56,793 nucleotides of DNA from Trichosphaerium sp. ATCC 40318 (taxonomy: Eukaryota; Protista; Tubulinea), in NCBI GenBank assembly GCA_038496445.1, contig JALMLS010000602.1:1-56793 (forward strand), read 5' to 3'. The notes below the pieces were generated by a model, which searched no databases, was not told the origin of the DNA, and saw only the letters and a program-made list of their open reading frames with translations. Made by a program: the position numbers and the translations under genes. How positions within the stretch are numbered: position 1 is the first letter of the stretch; the number at the start of each line of letters is the position of its first letter. Positions 12,947 through 25,322 of the stretch are shown here, piece by piece.

Positions 12947-14017
12947 GCATCTCATAAAGTAAGAATTATTCTTACTGTTTTCCATTCTCATTTTTTTCTC
13001 TCAGATAGACTGGAACGAATTACCTCTTGAGAGTCATTTTAAAGCAGTTGATGTGGTGGATATGCGCACTGGATGGTAAAGAAAAAAAATCTCGCTGAAA
13101 ATCGTAAAAAAGGTATTGATGTTCTACTAGGACGAGTGATGCCATGTACTTGGCAATTAAGGGTGGTGACACGACCAAGACACATCAGCATATGGATTTG
13201 GGCAATTTTGTTATAACAAAAAAAGGGCAAAGGTAGTTGTTCATGGTTTTTTTGAACGAGGAAGAAAAAAACCTCTAAAAACTAAACCTAATTTTAGATT
13301 CATTCAAGATTTGGGTAGTGGAAATTACTCCTTGCCAGAGTATTTTGGAGCCAAGCGCTTCAGTTATTACAGGTAATTAGATACTATATCTTATTGCAAC
13401 TAATTAGCCCTGGCGATTGTTCACTCTACTTTCAATATAACTTTATTTGTGCAGATGTAATGCGTCAGGTCATAATGTGCCTTCATTCAACGGACAGTGG
13501 ACGAATCCTAAAATAACTCAAGCGAAAATAACAGAATACAAACCATCTAATACTAGTGTTACAGCTACGACTGATTTATCAAATGCATACGAAGAATATG
13601 TATCATCTTACACCCGAACATGTACCAAAAAAAAAAACCCATAATACCTTTTTCTTAATATTACCCCGTAGTCACCTTGGATAAACAATCTCACATAGTA
13701 AACGTTCAAGATGTTTTCATTAAAAACCCACAAACAAAAACCATCAGATGGAGGTTTCATACAACTGCTGATGTGAAGATTGAGTATGTTTTAAATCATA
13801 ACCATCAACCTTATTGTTGTCTAGCGGTAATGTTGCCACTCTCGCACTGGGAGGTGAAACAATGGCAGTAACAGTTCATAGACCAAGTGACGTGTCGTTG
13901 GCTATGTTCGAATACAATCCACCACCTCCTCAACTTACTGAATTACACCATAAAGTAGTATATTTTGATCTTACATTAGATGAAGGTACAACTACTATAA
14001 ATGTAGAATTTAAATAA
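12947..14017 (+). pseudogene. 5'-truncated heparinase II/III-like polysaccharide lyase (C-terminal half only)
   Basis: Spliced LPLESHFKAVDVVDMRTGWTSDAMYLAIKGGDTTKTHQHMDLGNFVI...RFIQDLGSGNYSLPEYFGAKRFSYYRCNASGHNVPSFNG. The upstream exon is cut at the duplication junction 12946/12947. Confidence 0.75.
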
Positions 14018-14428
14018 ACAACTTGATGTCCCTACAACCACAGTCAATAATTGCATTCTTTCTTTGTTTTCCTCTTATTTGAATTGTAACATTTAGACGA
14101 ATACAGAGTCGAAGTGCGAAAAGAATAGCTAGATATTTTGTGCGAGATAACATGTTCCACCAACTGTCGGTGTTGTTCAGGTTAATGTGGTGTCCTAATT
14201 TTTACAGCCTTTCACTGAAATTTTGCTTTCCTCCTGAACGTTTTCCTCGTGCAACTCCTGAAACGTTTTTGGTTTCTCAAATTCTATATTGTTAGTTAAT
14301 GATATTTGCGCAATGTTCATGAGAAGAAAAAACAAAGCATGACTTTGCAATATCCCGAAAATTCGATCCATAAATCAAAACAACAACTTTCATACCATAA
14401 ACACAACACCTTGAAACATATACCAACT

Positions 14429-14850
14429 ATGCAACTCTCAAAAACCTTAACAACACTTGCTATATTCATTACAGTATGTGCATGTGTCAACGTCGTAATT
14501 TTCAAACCAGAAGAAGGCAGAGCAAGATACGGATACACTGATGGACGATTATCTGACGAACAACTCAATGAATACCCTGATGTTGTTCTCGCTGTGATCT
14601 TTATTTGCCTGAGCTCGGAGAAACTTATGAAACACTTGAGCAAGCTCAAGAACACTCTTCTCCGCTTCCAGGCCCACTTGATTATCGTATTCAAGCACAT
14701 ATTGGCGGATGTAGAAATGTTCAATGCAACATTCCTGATGGAAAAGGAGGTAATATTTCTAGAAGAGTATTCTGCTGCTCAACAAATGTCAATAATTGCT
14801 GCCCTGATGCAGCCGCTGTTCTTGTTGATAAGATGGTCAGAGGAGAGTAA
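14429..14850 (+). CDS. Small intronless secreted Cys-containing protein with one apparent frameshift
   Basis: Signal peptide MQLSKTLTTLAIFITVCACVN. One missing base near 14580 would join EYPD to CCSRCDLYLPELGETY...CRNVQC...FCCSTNVNNCCPDAA. Confidence 0.55.
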
Positions 14851-15385
14851 AAAAAACATGTAACTACACAGTAAACACACTGAAAAGTATTAATACGAAC
14901 CACTTCATTGAATGATACTTTCTACCTTCTATTTTTACTAAACAATGTTTACAGGTGTGGTATTCATGTTGATGACTATTGCTCCTTTGTTAAGTAATAG
15001 CATACACACCATTTTCCTACCAGCAACGAATATACAAGGGTGAATAAATCAATTCAGAACCTGATGGTGCTAGAACGTAGACGGATTTCAGTCCTTGTTG
15101 TAAGTGCTGCAAGAACTACACTGCTTAACTCAGATCTGGAAGTGCTTTGTCGGATTTCATTTTCTTTGAGAGGGTACTAGAGTATTCTCATTTCGCCATG
15201 ATTTTAAACAAGCCTACAATGAACTGCTGTAGACGGAGTGTTGGCAATAAAACAAAGGCACATAACAATCCAGATTATTTGTTTATTTTTCTGAACTACA
15301 AAGTAGCGTTTATGTATTATTGCATCGATAACTGGAGCGCCAACTACACATGAGTAAACAAAGCTGTTTTCAAAAAAAAAAAAAA

Positions 15386-16731
15386 TCAAGCACCTACTTT
15401 TAATTCTGCATCTTCGTCATCATCTGTTACATCTATTAACATGTCTTCCTTTTTAGTCTCTTTTACACCCGTATCAGCATCTTTAGCATTAGTTGCTTCT
15501 TCTGGAGTACTTTTGGTTCCTTCTGGCTCTTGTTTATCCTTTACACTTGCTGTTTGTTCGCTTGGGAACTGCTCATGGAATTCTCTTTCAAATATTTGTA
15601 CAGTCGTTTCATCAAAGTTTGTAAGCCTTACAAGCTTAATCTTTGTTTGGGGATTATTCTTTGCATATTCTTTAATAGTATTAAACATGATTTGAGCGCA
15701 TAGCTCTTTCTAAAAAAACAGTGTTACTCGAAGAAGTATAGTTTCATTTTTTTTCATTAAATTTACATGAAAAAAACGTACTGGGAATCTAAAAATGCCT
15801 GTGGATAACGCTGGTATGGCAACGGATGCGTATCCAAGCTCGTCAGTGAGAACAAGTATATTTCTTATAGCCAGTTGCTGGCAGTATTGTTAGTCAATGA
15901 AAAGCTATTTAGACCACAAATAAATGAAGTTTTTTTGAATGACGACTAGCTATCTACGCGAGACCACTCCACTTCACGTATTTTCTTTCATTTACGCGTA
16001 CGAGTAGATAGATATTTTTCGGCAAGAAAGCCTTCAATGAAAACAAACAGAACGTTAAACAGCTTTGTTTAAAAAACTTACCAAAATGATTGTTTCGCCA
16101 AACTTTCCATCTCTCCATACAGGGCCTACGGCATGTATGACACGCTTACATGGCAGTGTGCCTGCCGTTGTATGCATTACAGAGCCTTCATCTAGTTGAC
16201 CGTTCTTGTGAAAGTAGGCGTCACTCTCGTGTTGTATTATTCGGCCTCTATTTGTTTTTAGGATCGGTGTGACGTCTCCAATTCTTTTACGTACCCTTCT
16301 CGAACGATAGCACCTGCCAAGCCGGCTAAACGTCCGTTATTAATACAAATTGTGTATGGATTCTTTAAATCGTGTTTAGCTTGTCTTGGTACGTACAACA
16401 ATGATCCAAGCGTTGGTTTGCCGCGTTTACTATTACATCTGCGTCTTCCTTCGTTAAATCACCGAGGCGCACTTGTATTGTCATTCCTACGTTCAGAGTG
16501 TCAATAGAGCGAAGTTCAAAGAATTTCACTTTACCGTGAACTGTTGCTTCTTTTCTTGCAACAGATCTCTTTCCTTCTCCTCTTTCAACCACTCGCGGAG
16601 GTGGCGCTACATTTTATTACTCGCCAAGAACTTTAGGTTAGAGGGCCAATAACGCCACACGTACGCCCTGATGCTGATAAACTTGCTGCAATAGCCATCG
16701 CCAGCATTTCGTCTTCGCTCATGTGTGCCAT
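15386..16731 (-). CDS. Macro domain (ADP-ribose binding/hydrolase, MacroD type) protein with N-terminal UIM-like motif
   Basis: GDLTKEDADVIVNAAN, GLAGAI, TTAGTLPCKRVIHAVGP and VAIPALSTGIFRFP. N-terminus MSEDEMLAMAIAASLS. Confidence 0.9.
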
Positions 16732-17151
16732 GCTACGTATTTCGGTTTTGATTTAAGTCATTGGACAATAATAGAATGTCACGCACACGACCTTTGTCGC
16801 CAATGTTGTTGTAAAACCTAAATGATTACATTGTCTTTGTATTGATTACAATTGCGAGCATTTGTGGCAATAAAAAAACGGCTTACCTTTTTCACATTTC
16901 TACGTCTAAATTACGCCATTACGTACCTACTTGAACAGTTGAGCGTAATAGCCAACCAGGGAATTCAAGGCTTAAGTTTTTATTTTAAGGTATAGGTCCG
17001 CACAAAGAGCTCAGTTAACGCTAGTGGTGTTGATGCGCCTTGCCTACTCAGCCAAATTTACATCATTTACAAACAGAAGGACCTGAAAACCCTTCCAACA
17101 AACACTCCTGCTTAGTATATTGCGAATTTCGCCTGTATTTCATTCAATAGC

Positions 17152-19466
17152 ATGTCTACAAACGTAGAAACCGATATCAAAGGTGCTTACCCTAAAGAAC
17201 ATAATTCTTCTCCTCTTTACGCCCCAACGGCAGATAGTAACGAGCGTTTAGAGGTGCGAACACATTGACCATGCTATAAGCTCAACAGCAATTATTAAAA
17301 CGTTATAATTTAATATGTTTTGGAACAAGGAGACTCGAGTACTTTACTAGCTCCAATGCTTATTTTGCTCGTAGGACGAAGATGCACAAAGTAACACTTC
17401 ACCGGCGTCAAACGAACCACCAACAATTACTGACGAAGGTATTGCACCAAAGCTAATTGTACCGTTACTTTTTGGTGACAAGCTTAACGCGCCCATCATC
17501 TTTTGTGAAAATCACATTATGTATGCTGTGGTTGCTAACGATATTAGACCTCACCAGTATCCTTGAGGAGGGCGTAGGAGCTGATAATAAAACATCAGAT
17601 GATGATGATAAACCAGAAAGCTCTGATACGCCCACGTCAACTAAGGACACGTCGTCAGCTCCACAAGACAGCAAATCAAAATCCGGAAAAATCAGCAAGC
17701 ACACACGCAAAGGAAAGGACAAAACTACGCACCTAGACGCCAAACCACCTATGCACACCGACGAAATTAGAACTTCTCGCATCATGACCGCTGAAGAAGA
17801 GGCAGCTCAAGAAAAAATGCGAAGAGAACGGCATTCGGGAGGTAGACGCAGAGGCGCATTTATGGCAAGGTACAAACGTGATAATTTCGTTTTTTTGTCC
17901 AAACGTTTCAAGTAAAAAAGATTTTCGCTAAATTGTGTGGTAAGAATTTTGTTTTAATTTCTGTTCAAAGGGAACGCAAACCAATCGGCCTTGATCCCAA
18001 TGAGATAATAGAGGAGCCACCCAAGAGCTGTGGGGGTCTTTGCACAGCCCAATCGCTAAGCTTCTTGGCCAGTGAAGAGGTACTTAGTATGAATTTTAAT
18101 GTGTTACAAACTCCGAACCAGGACGTTGATTACAATCCCGAACCAAAGGTCACCACACAGTCTTGCCGCTTTACTATATCATATGCGGATACTGTCGGTC
18201 GTAGGAAATCTATGGAGGACGAAATGGTAATATGTGGGCAGTTTCGCGGACGTAAGAACGTAAGTGTGCACTTTTAAGATTTTTTCACGTGCTCTCGTGA
18301 TTTTTTTTGATTTTGCAGTTTTTGTTAAAAGCGATTGTGTAGGAAGATTTATTTGGCGTTTTTGATGGACACAATGGCTCAACTATGGCTACATTTGTTG
18401 GTAAAACTTTGCCAACCGTACTCGCTAGTATATTGCCTAAACAAAACGATCCTGGTCAGGCTCTCAATGCAGCATTTTTAGAAGTAAATAGGCAAGCCAA
18501 GGCCAAGAAAATTTTGGGCGGTTCTACTGGCTGTGCTGTTCTTTTTGTTAATAATATGGGTACGCTACAAGGCGATTTTTTTGAACTTGGTAAACACAAT
18601 TGTGTTTTGGATTTACACCAAACGCTATCGGCGTTATTTAACACAAAAAAAAATAAAACCGTGCACGGAGAGTAATTTCAAGATGTCTGGTTAAAGAACT
18701 AATTTTTTTTTTTTTCATCTAGCGTATATTGCGAATGCTGGTGATTGTAGAGCAGTTTTACATTTAAATGGAGAAGCAAAGGCTATAACAAAGGTACAAG
18801 CCCCGAGAAATTTTTTCTTCAGAAACAAAACACAGAGTTTTACTTGCGCCATATTTTGTGTGATGCCACGTAAGCATTGTTCTTATATCCACTCTTAGGA
18901 CCATAAACCAGAAGATGCAGATGAAGAAAAACGTATACGCAAGTTAGGAGGTGAAGTAGTGACCACCGTCGGTAGAGATGGAAAAATCATTGGCCGCGTA
19001 AATGGTATTCTTGGTGTTTCGCGCGCTTTTGGTGACTTCGAGCTTGAACCTTATATAACATGTCAACCTGATATTTATGAGTTTGAGTATACATCAGATG
19101 ACAGCGATGATGACTTTTTGATAATTGCCTGTGATGGTGTTTGGGATGTTGTATGTTGAATTTACGCGCTTTATTGATGGTTTATTTACGTTTTTATTAG
19201 ATGTCCTCTGAAGAAGCTACGCGCATCGCTTTACCGTTTATTAAAGATCATAAGTTGGAAGCCGCTTCACGGCGTATACGGTACGCTTGTTTTGATTGGA
19301 GGGTTTTTTTTCTAATTTATGTTTTTTTTTTTGTAGAGATGTTGCTTTTGCAAGAACCAGTCTAGATAATATTAGTGTTATGGTTATAAAGCCTCTTTCA
19401 CAAGCAGAAAAGAATGCAGTTAGAAAAACACAACGCTCTGGTTTTTCATTGTGTGCTATTGTATAG
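17152..19466 (+). CDS. Protein phosphatase 2C (PPM family) with C-terminal CaaX motif
   Basis: GRRKSMEDE, FGVFDGHNG, GGSTG, ANAGDCRAV, DHKP, RVNGILGVSRAFGD, ACDGVWD and DNISV motifs. Ends in CAIV-stop. Confidence 0.95.
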
Positions 19467-20770
19467 CCGCTATGTAGTTCAAAAAGGGTATGAAAATACA
19501 CGCTGTGATTTTTACAACTGACAAGGTTTTTTTGTAGACGGACTGTTTTTGTACGGTGAACGTTACGCGAGTGAAAAGACGTTCTCTTAACGAAGACTAC
19601 AAATCAAAAAAAAAGTTTGCGTGGGTGTTGGCTTTTAGAGCTCCCTTACGAATAAGTGTATTTTTATAGCTGTGGTAGTGTTTTTTTCACTATGATCAAA
19701 ATGAAACACTTCACTGTAATGTTGTACTCACATTGTAAATAGCAGAGATGTAAAATTTAATTAAATACGTTGCAACATGATGTTCTAGTTTTTTGAAGTT
19801 CTGGTACCAGGGTTACTGGGAGAATACTGCCGCAGAGAATTGTTCGATCTGGCGATTGGGCTTCTGCATCACCGACAACGACTGGTTTTGAAATATGCTA
19901 CTGACAGTATTGTACCTGGTAACAGGCGAAGCTCTGAATGGCAATAGCTGGCGTATCTCAAAATAATCCTGAGTAGTCCATATTGCGTAGTACTGTTGTC
20001 TTCGCACATTTGTCGCGTAATATGGCAACATTTGATTGTTCAAACAAACTTGTCCGCGTTCCGCATGTGGATATTGTTTTTGTTTATTGCTTACACCATT
20101 TTAACGCTACATTTCTTCGTGTTTTGGATTGAAGGACGCTCTTGCCTAATCAATATATAAGGAGATTGTACATTATTCATGGCAATGTTTTGAGTACCTA
20201 GGCACATACCTTTCGCGTAGTACTAACAAAAGCAAAAAGAAAACTGGAACTTCCTTGTTTATTTTTGTCTGTTTCAAGAATATTGCTTTTGAGAGAAGAG
20301 CGATCCAGTACTGCTGTTGGGGTAAATATCAACAAGATTTGTTTTATTCTAGCGAAGTTATAATGCAGTTTCGATAGCATTTAATTGACAACGCAATTTA
20401 AATAGCACTATTTTGAACTTACTCCTTCAGGAGACTGTCATTAAATCCACGTGTATATTACCTTTTGGTTAGTTTTATTGCCTATAATGCAGTTTTTAAA
20501 TGAATTTTTCGGTACTACTCCTAATAACGTCTTAGATGTCACGAAGAGACTGAGAACTACCTTATAGTATATGAGTACAAGTTGATAAAAAGCGTAAAAC
20601 TTTTCATTTCGCGTTTTTGCTCCGACATTCGTTGAAACCTGCGCTTTTACGTCAGCGAAAAAAAAATAATATCACGTGTGGTTGTTAATTTGACTGCTTC
20701 TTGGTGGAGGTACACAATGTTTTTAATAATAGTAGACAAATCTTATCATTAAAAAACGTTAATGTACTAA

Positions 20771-22208
20771 ATGAAAGCACAGATGGAGCCGAAGAAGTTA
20801 AGAAACACCAAAAACATAAAAAACCATACATCGCCGAGGAAAAAAATACCAAACGGAAAGAAAGGGTCATCAAACGCTTTAAACAATAATGGAAAGCGTA
20901 ATCGTTTAGTTAAAAGGTACAAATGTTTATAAAAACTATTTAAATATCATGTGATAAACCTGTTCAAACCACGTGGTCAGTACTGATAATCACGTTTTTG
21001 AATTTCCTAATTTTGCTTCTTGTTTCTATTTTTTTTTTTTAGTTTTTGTTTGTCCGCCTCAAATGTCTTTCCTTACGCCTTCTGACGCATACTCACGTGT
21101 ATTTTTTTAAAATAGCGCGGTATCTCGTTCTGATAGTAGTAAACATAATATTACGATAGCCAAAGGGTCTGGCGCAGTGTATCAATTACCTGCAACAGTA
21201 CAAGAATACATTTGTTATTTATCAAAGGATGCAACAACAATTTGGCCTTTACTTTCTAAATTCCACGCAACTCATACCAGATACGCTCCTAATCTAGAAC
21301 CAAGAGGCCTATGGACGTGTTGGCATAAAAACGGGACTCGAAGTAAAGTGTGGCAAAGAAATACTTCGGGTCTTTTTAGAAAGTTTGGAGAAGACGGTAC
21401 TTTGCTTGTTCAATGTCGATACAACAAAAATGGTAAAGCGGAAGAAGAATATCAGGAATGGCATCGTAACGGTTTAAGAAAGGAACGCGGATACTACAGG
21501 AACGGTCTAGCGGATGGAGACCTCAAGAAATGGTATCTGAACGGACAATTAAAGCTACAATGTAATTATGTCGCTGGAAAAAAACATGGAAGGTTTAAGC
21601 GATTTCACATCAATGGTAGGGTTAAAGAAAGTCATTTCTTTAAGAATGGTAAGCAAGAAGGAGAGAGCAAACAGTGGCATATTGATGGAAGATTACTAGC
21701 TAGATGTACGATGAAGGAAGGTAAAAAAGAAGGAGAATATCTTCAATGGCATCATAATGGTCAAGTTCAGATTCAATGCTCGTTTAAGGGCGATAAACCT
21801 AAAGAAGGTAGACGTTGGTATCCTAGCGGTAGCTTAGCGGAAAGACACTTTAAGAAGAACACAAAAAAAGAGGTAGAGCATAAGCAGTGGTACGACAATG
21901 GACAGCTTAAGTCACATTGTTATACGCGAAAAGGTCAACGTGTTGGAAGTTACACAACTTGGCATTATCACGGAGGAAAAAGAGTTGAATGCTTTTACAA
22001 GGCAGGCAAACTTGAGAAGCAGTATAAGCAATGGTATTCTGAAGGTAAATTACGTCTACATTGTTATTACAAAAGTGGAAAGAAGGACGGCGATTATAAA
22101 CTTTGGGATAAGTCAGGACAATTGGTCACGTTCAGTTTCTTTAAAAATGACAAGACTGAAGTTTGCTATGAGTGCACTATTGATAGTAGTAATAGTACAA
22201 CCAGCTAA
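20771..22208 (+). CDS. F-box-like + MORN-variant (YwqK-like) repeat protein
   Basis: Exon 20771-20916 (basic N-terminus), phase-2 GT-AG intron 20917-21115, then LPATVQEYICYLS...WPLLSK and many W-[HY]-x-N-G repeats. Confidence 0.85.
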
Positions 22209-23111
22209 GGCATGTAAGTGTGTACAAGTACAATCCTTTGTACATTTTATTTAATGACAATAAAAAATCTGTTCAAGATTTTTTTAAAATACTGCATTCT
22301 TCTTTTTAGTCGGTAGTGCGCCGTCAGTTACTAGATACTGAGTCCAAAAAATTTATGTAGGTTTTCTTCGCACAGTCAACCTATATGGTCGCCATTTTGT
22401 TGGAAATTTCTCAAGTCAACACGCAACGGAAGCAGTGTAATATCAAACTTGTTTGACACTTTACAAAGAAAAAAAACATTCAATACTTTGTATTAAAATA
22501 ATGAACTTGGCTCTCGCTACAACGCGTACGTCATTATAAACATACCGTATTGTTGAATTTACAACGGTTTTTCTTAAATAGTTGTTTTTTTATTCGCACT
22601 GGGCGCAAACGCTTTACAGTGCCCCAAACCTATGAGAAAATGTGATGTTAATAACATACAATTCTGCTGTCCTACAGAAACAGTATGCATCGCTGGAAAC
22701 ACTGGACAGTACTGCTGTGATACCAAAACACATAATGCTTGTCAACAAAAAGGTGAGGATCAAAAAAAAAACTACCTCAGTCAATAATAGACCCACCTTA
22801 GAATCTCATTATGGCGTTTGCTGTGGCAAAGAAGAAACGTGTTGTTTTGGAGCTGGTACATAATCAAACACGTTTTTTTTTTGACACGTGATTTAGGAGG
22901 CGGAACTTGTTGCCCGAAAGGATTTACTTGTTGTAATTCCATGTGCTGTAATGGATCATGTATTGAGGGTTTGTGCACGTCAACTACTGCAAAATAAAGT
23001 TCTTCTCAGTAGACAGTAATAGCGAAAGAAATGCCGTCTGTAAAACGCGTTGCGCGATCCAATAGAGAAATGTAATCAGAGTTCCAAATGTCGTTGCACC
23101 CGCGTAACACA
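22022..23111. repeat. Right (donor) arm of the 1.09-kb inverted duplication
   Basis: Reverse-complement match to 11860-12946. Contiguous here with the intact MORN gene. Confidence 0.95.
22501..22997 (+). CDS. Small secreted cysteine-rich protein, copy A
   Basis: ATG 22501, three GT-AG introns (first 22526-22581, last 22856-22896), signal peptide, repeated CC pairs, stop TAA 22995-22997. Confidence 0.8.
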
Positions 23112-23484
23112 TAACTAACTTGATATCAAGTTGCTTGTTGAAACGCATAGACTTTTTTTTCTGTCTGTACGTTTTATTTCAGTACAAAATATTTATTCTA
23201 CAGCAGCACCTAATGCTCGCTGACAACGTAAGATAAACCCTTTTCCTCATAATGCCTTTGGTACGTTTTGTGATGTCGATACGACGTTTCTCTCCCTGAA
23301 TTCAGAAATTTATATGATGTCCTCAGCAAATTGCTGTAACATGACGAGTCATAACGGAGACCTCGCTGGCGTTTTGCCTTTGAGATTCCTTGGTGACAAA
23401 TTGGCCTGAACCTTTAAAACCACCCTTACTATCATTTTTATTCAACTACGTAGTATTTAATACTGACATGCAAAAGGTAACGAG

Positions 23485-24871
23485 ATGAACGAAGCAAGAA
23501 ATAACAAAGAAGTAGCGCAAAACACGCGTAAGCGCAGTGCAGAGCAATAACAATGCCACGCAAAGACAAATACAGTCTCAAACGTTACTTGTAAGTATTT
23601 TCTTCGTTTTGCAAAACTTTTCGCTTTAAAAACCCCAGGAGAGTATTCAGCTGTGTTTCTTTAACGTGCAGTTGTCTATATGAGGCGCTCTTGACGTTTT
23701 GTCTTGAGACGCTTCATGCTGGGAACACCAACACGGATTAATCATCGCACGTCGCTGTCCTTCCAGACCCTTCAGTGTTTCATAATAATCCGACAGGCTT
23801 TATCTTTAGACCAATTTCTCACTCTTGCATCAGGTCCTCAACTCGACAACACGATGAGTCACGGCAATAATAAGACCGTGCAAAAAGGCCAAACTTTAGT
23901 CGCCTTCAAGGCTACCGGCAGACGAGTGACGGTGTAAACCCAGACTTAAAATTTAAACAATAAACTACTTTTCTATGATTTGTTTGAATGTATTTTACCA
24001 ATTGTACACTTTTATTGTGAGGATGTCTTCATGAGCGAGAAGCATGTAAATAAGAAGAAGATAGAGTTCAGGCTTGCCTTTCAACCGAATGGCACCACAG
24101 GGCCTGTATTTCCAAGTCAGTTGGCGCGTCGGCGATATGGTCCATCTTTACAGCGTGTACTAGAGAGTGAGGGGCTTGATAAGCCGTTAATGGCAAAACC
24201 GCTTCTAGCTCGCCCACAAGACCTCTCAATACACTTGCGTGATATGTAGGGGGTTTATTAACGCGTTAAATACTAATACTGGTCACAGTAGCCCACAACC
24301 TTCTGATTCTCCATCAAAACTCGCTGTTGTCTCATCGAAGCCGACCATATCAACCCAATGGCCACAAATACGCTATTTAATTGAACAACAGCACGATTTG
24401 CCTTTCTGGCAGTTACTTTTCAGTCAATTAGCTATTATTATGCGTAATTTTAAAGGGTCAGATCCAGGAGTACTGGTGAAAGTAGTACGTGTCATTTATC
24501 AATGTGTCAAACGTCATTTTGTGAAATTAAAAACTCATTGAACTTCAGGTAAACAAAATCAGCACTGAAGCGGGTTTAATGGCTCTACCACCTCATGATT
24601 TTGATGCTATCCTTTATGTACTAGTAAATCAAGACTTGGGTAAGCATGGACTAGCTGCTGTAGCGGAACTGAAGCTACAAAAAATAGAAGGAAGGAATTG
24701 AAATAAGTTGTCTTTTTTTTTTTTGACATTTCGGACATTGTGTTGACAAACACCTTTTGTGCTATCTACTGTAACGCTTTGCATTCTTGCAAGCCACTGC
24801 GTGCCTCTGCTAGACCACCATTCTTTATTGCAGACTATAGACGCGTTAATGAGACTAGCTAGCGCAAAATA
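23485..24871 (+). other. Possible degenerate or unresolved multi-exon gene of unknown function
   Basis: Exon-like open stretches with splice sites (STQWPQIRYLIEQQHDLPFWQLLFSQL...; ALPPHDFDAILYVLV). No continuous frame could be built in the 5' part. Confidence 0.3.
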
Positions 24872-25322
24872 AACATACTTCGTAAAAATCAATTGCAAGT
24901 GTTATCTGCTCTGAAGCGTCAGGGTTACCGTTCTTTTTGTAGAGTTTTCCGCGTTCTAGGTGTACATGTCCTAAAGCGGTTGTTAATGGCAATAACGGTG
25001 TTATGGAGTTTGTTTTCGCGTACCCCACAACAAGAATACGCGAGCGTTGCTAGGATCAGCCATCATAACGTCTAACCGAATTGTAAGGTAAAAAAAAGAC
25101 TACAAGCATGCTCTTTAACCTTGTACTGCGTTGTCTGCCTTATCTAACAGCTTTAAAGTAGCAGTGGGTCCCAAAGCGCTTTTCGCCTGCCTTAAAAAGC
25201 TCTCTGCGTCAGTGAGAGTCCAGCTAACTTGCGACATTGTAGTGTACTGTCGGTTTAAATACGTTCAAAAAAGTCTCCTTGTTTCGCGTTTCATTGTATT
25301 TTTGGTGTAACGTCTTTACAAC

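Noticed and set aside
11860-23111. Large TIR transposon (Polinton/Maverick or endogenous virus) suggested by the 1.1-kb inverted repeats
   Set aside because: The arms consist of host gene sequence and the interior holds ordinary spliced genes. No transposase, integrase, polymerase or capsid gene and no TSD was seen.
23314-23410. Possible C/D box snoRNA (ATGATG...CTGA)
   Set aside because: The C box is imperfect, there is no clear terminal stem, and no rRNA guide was recognised.
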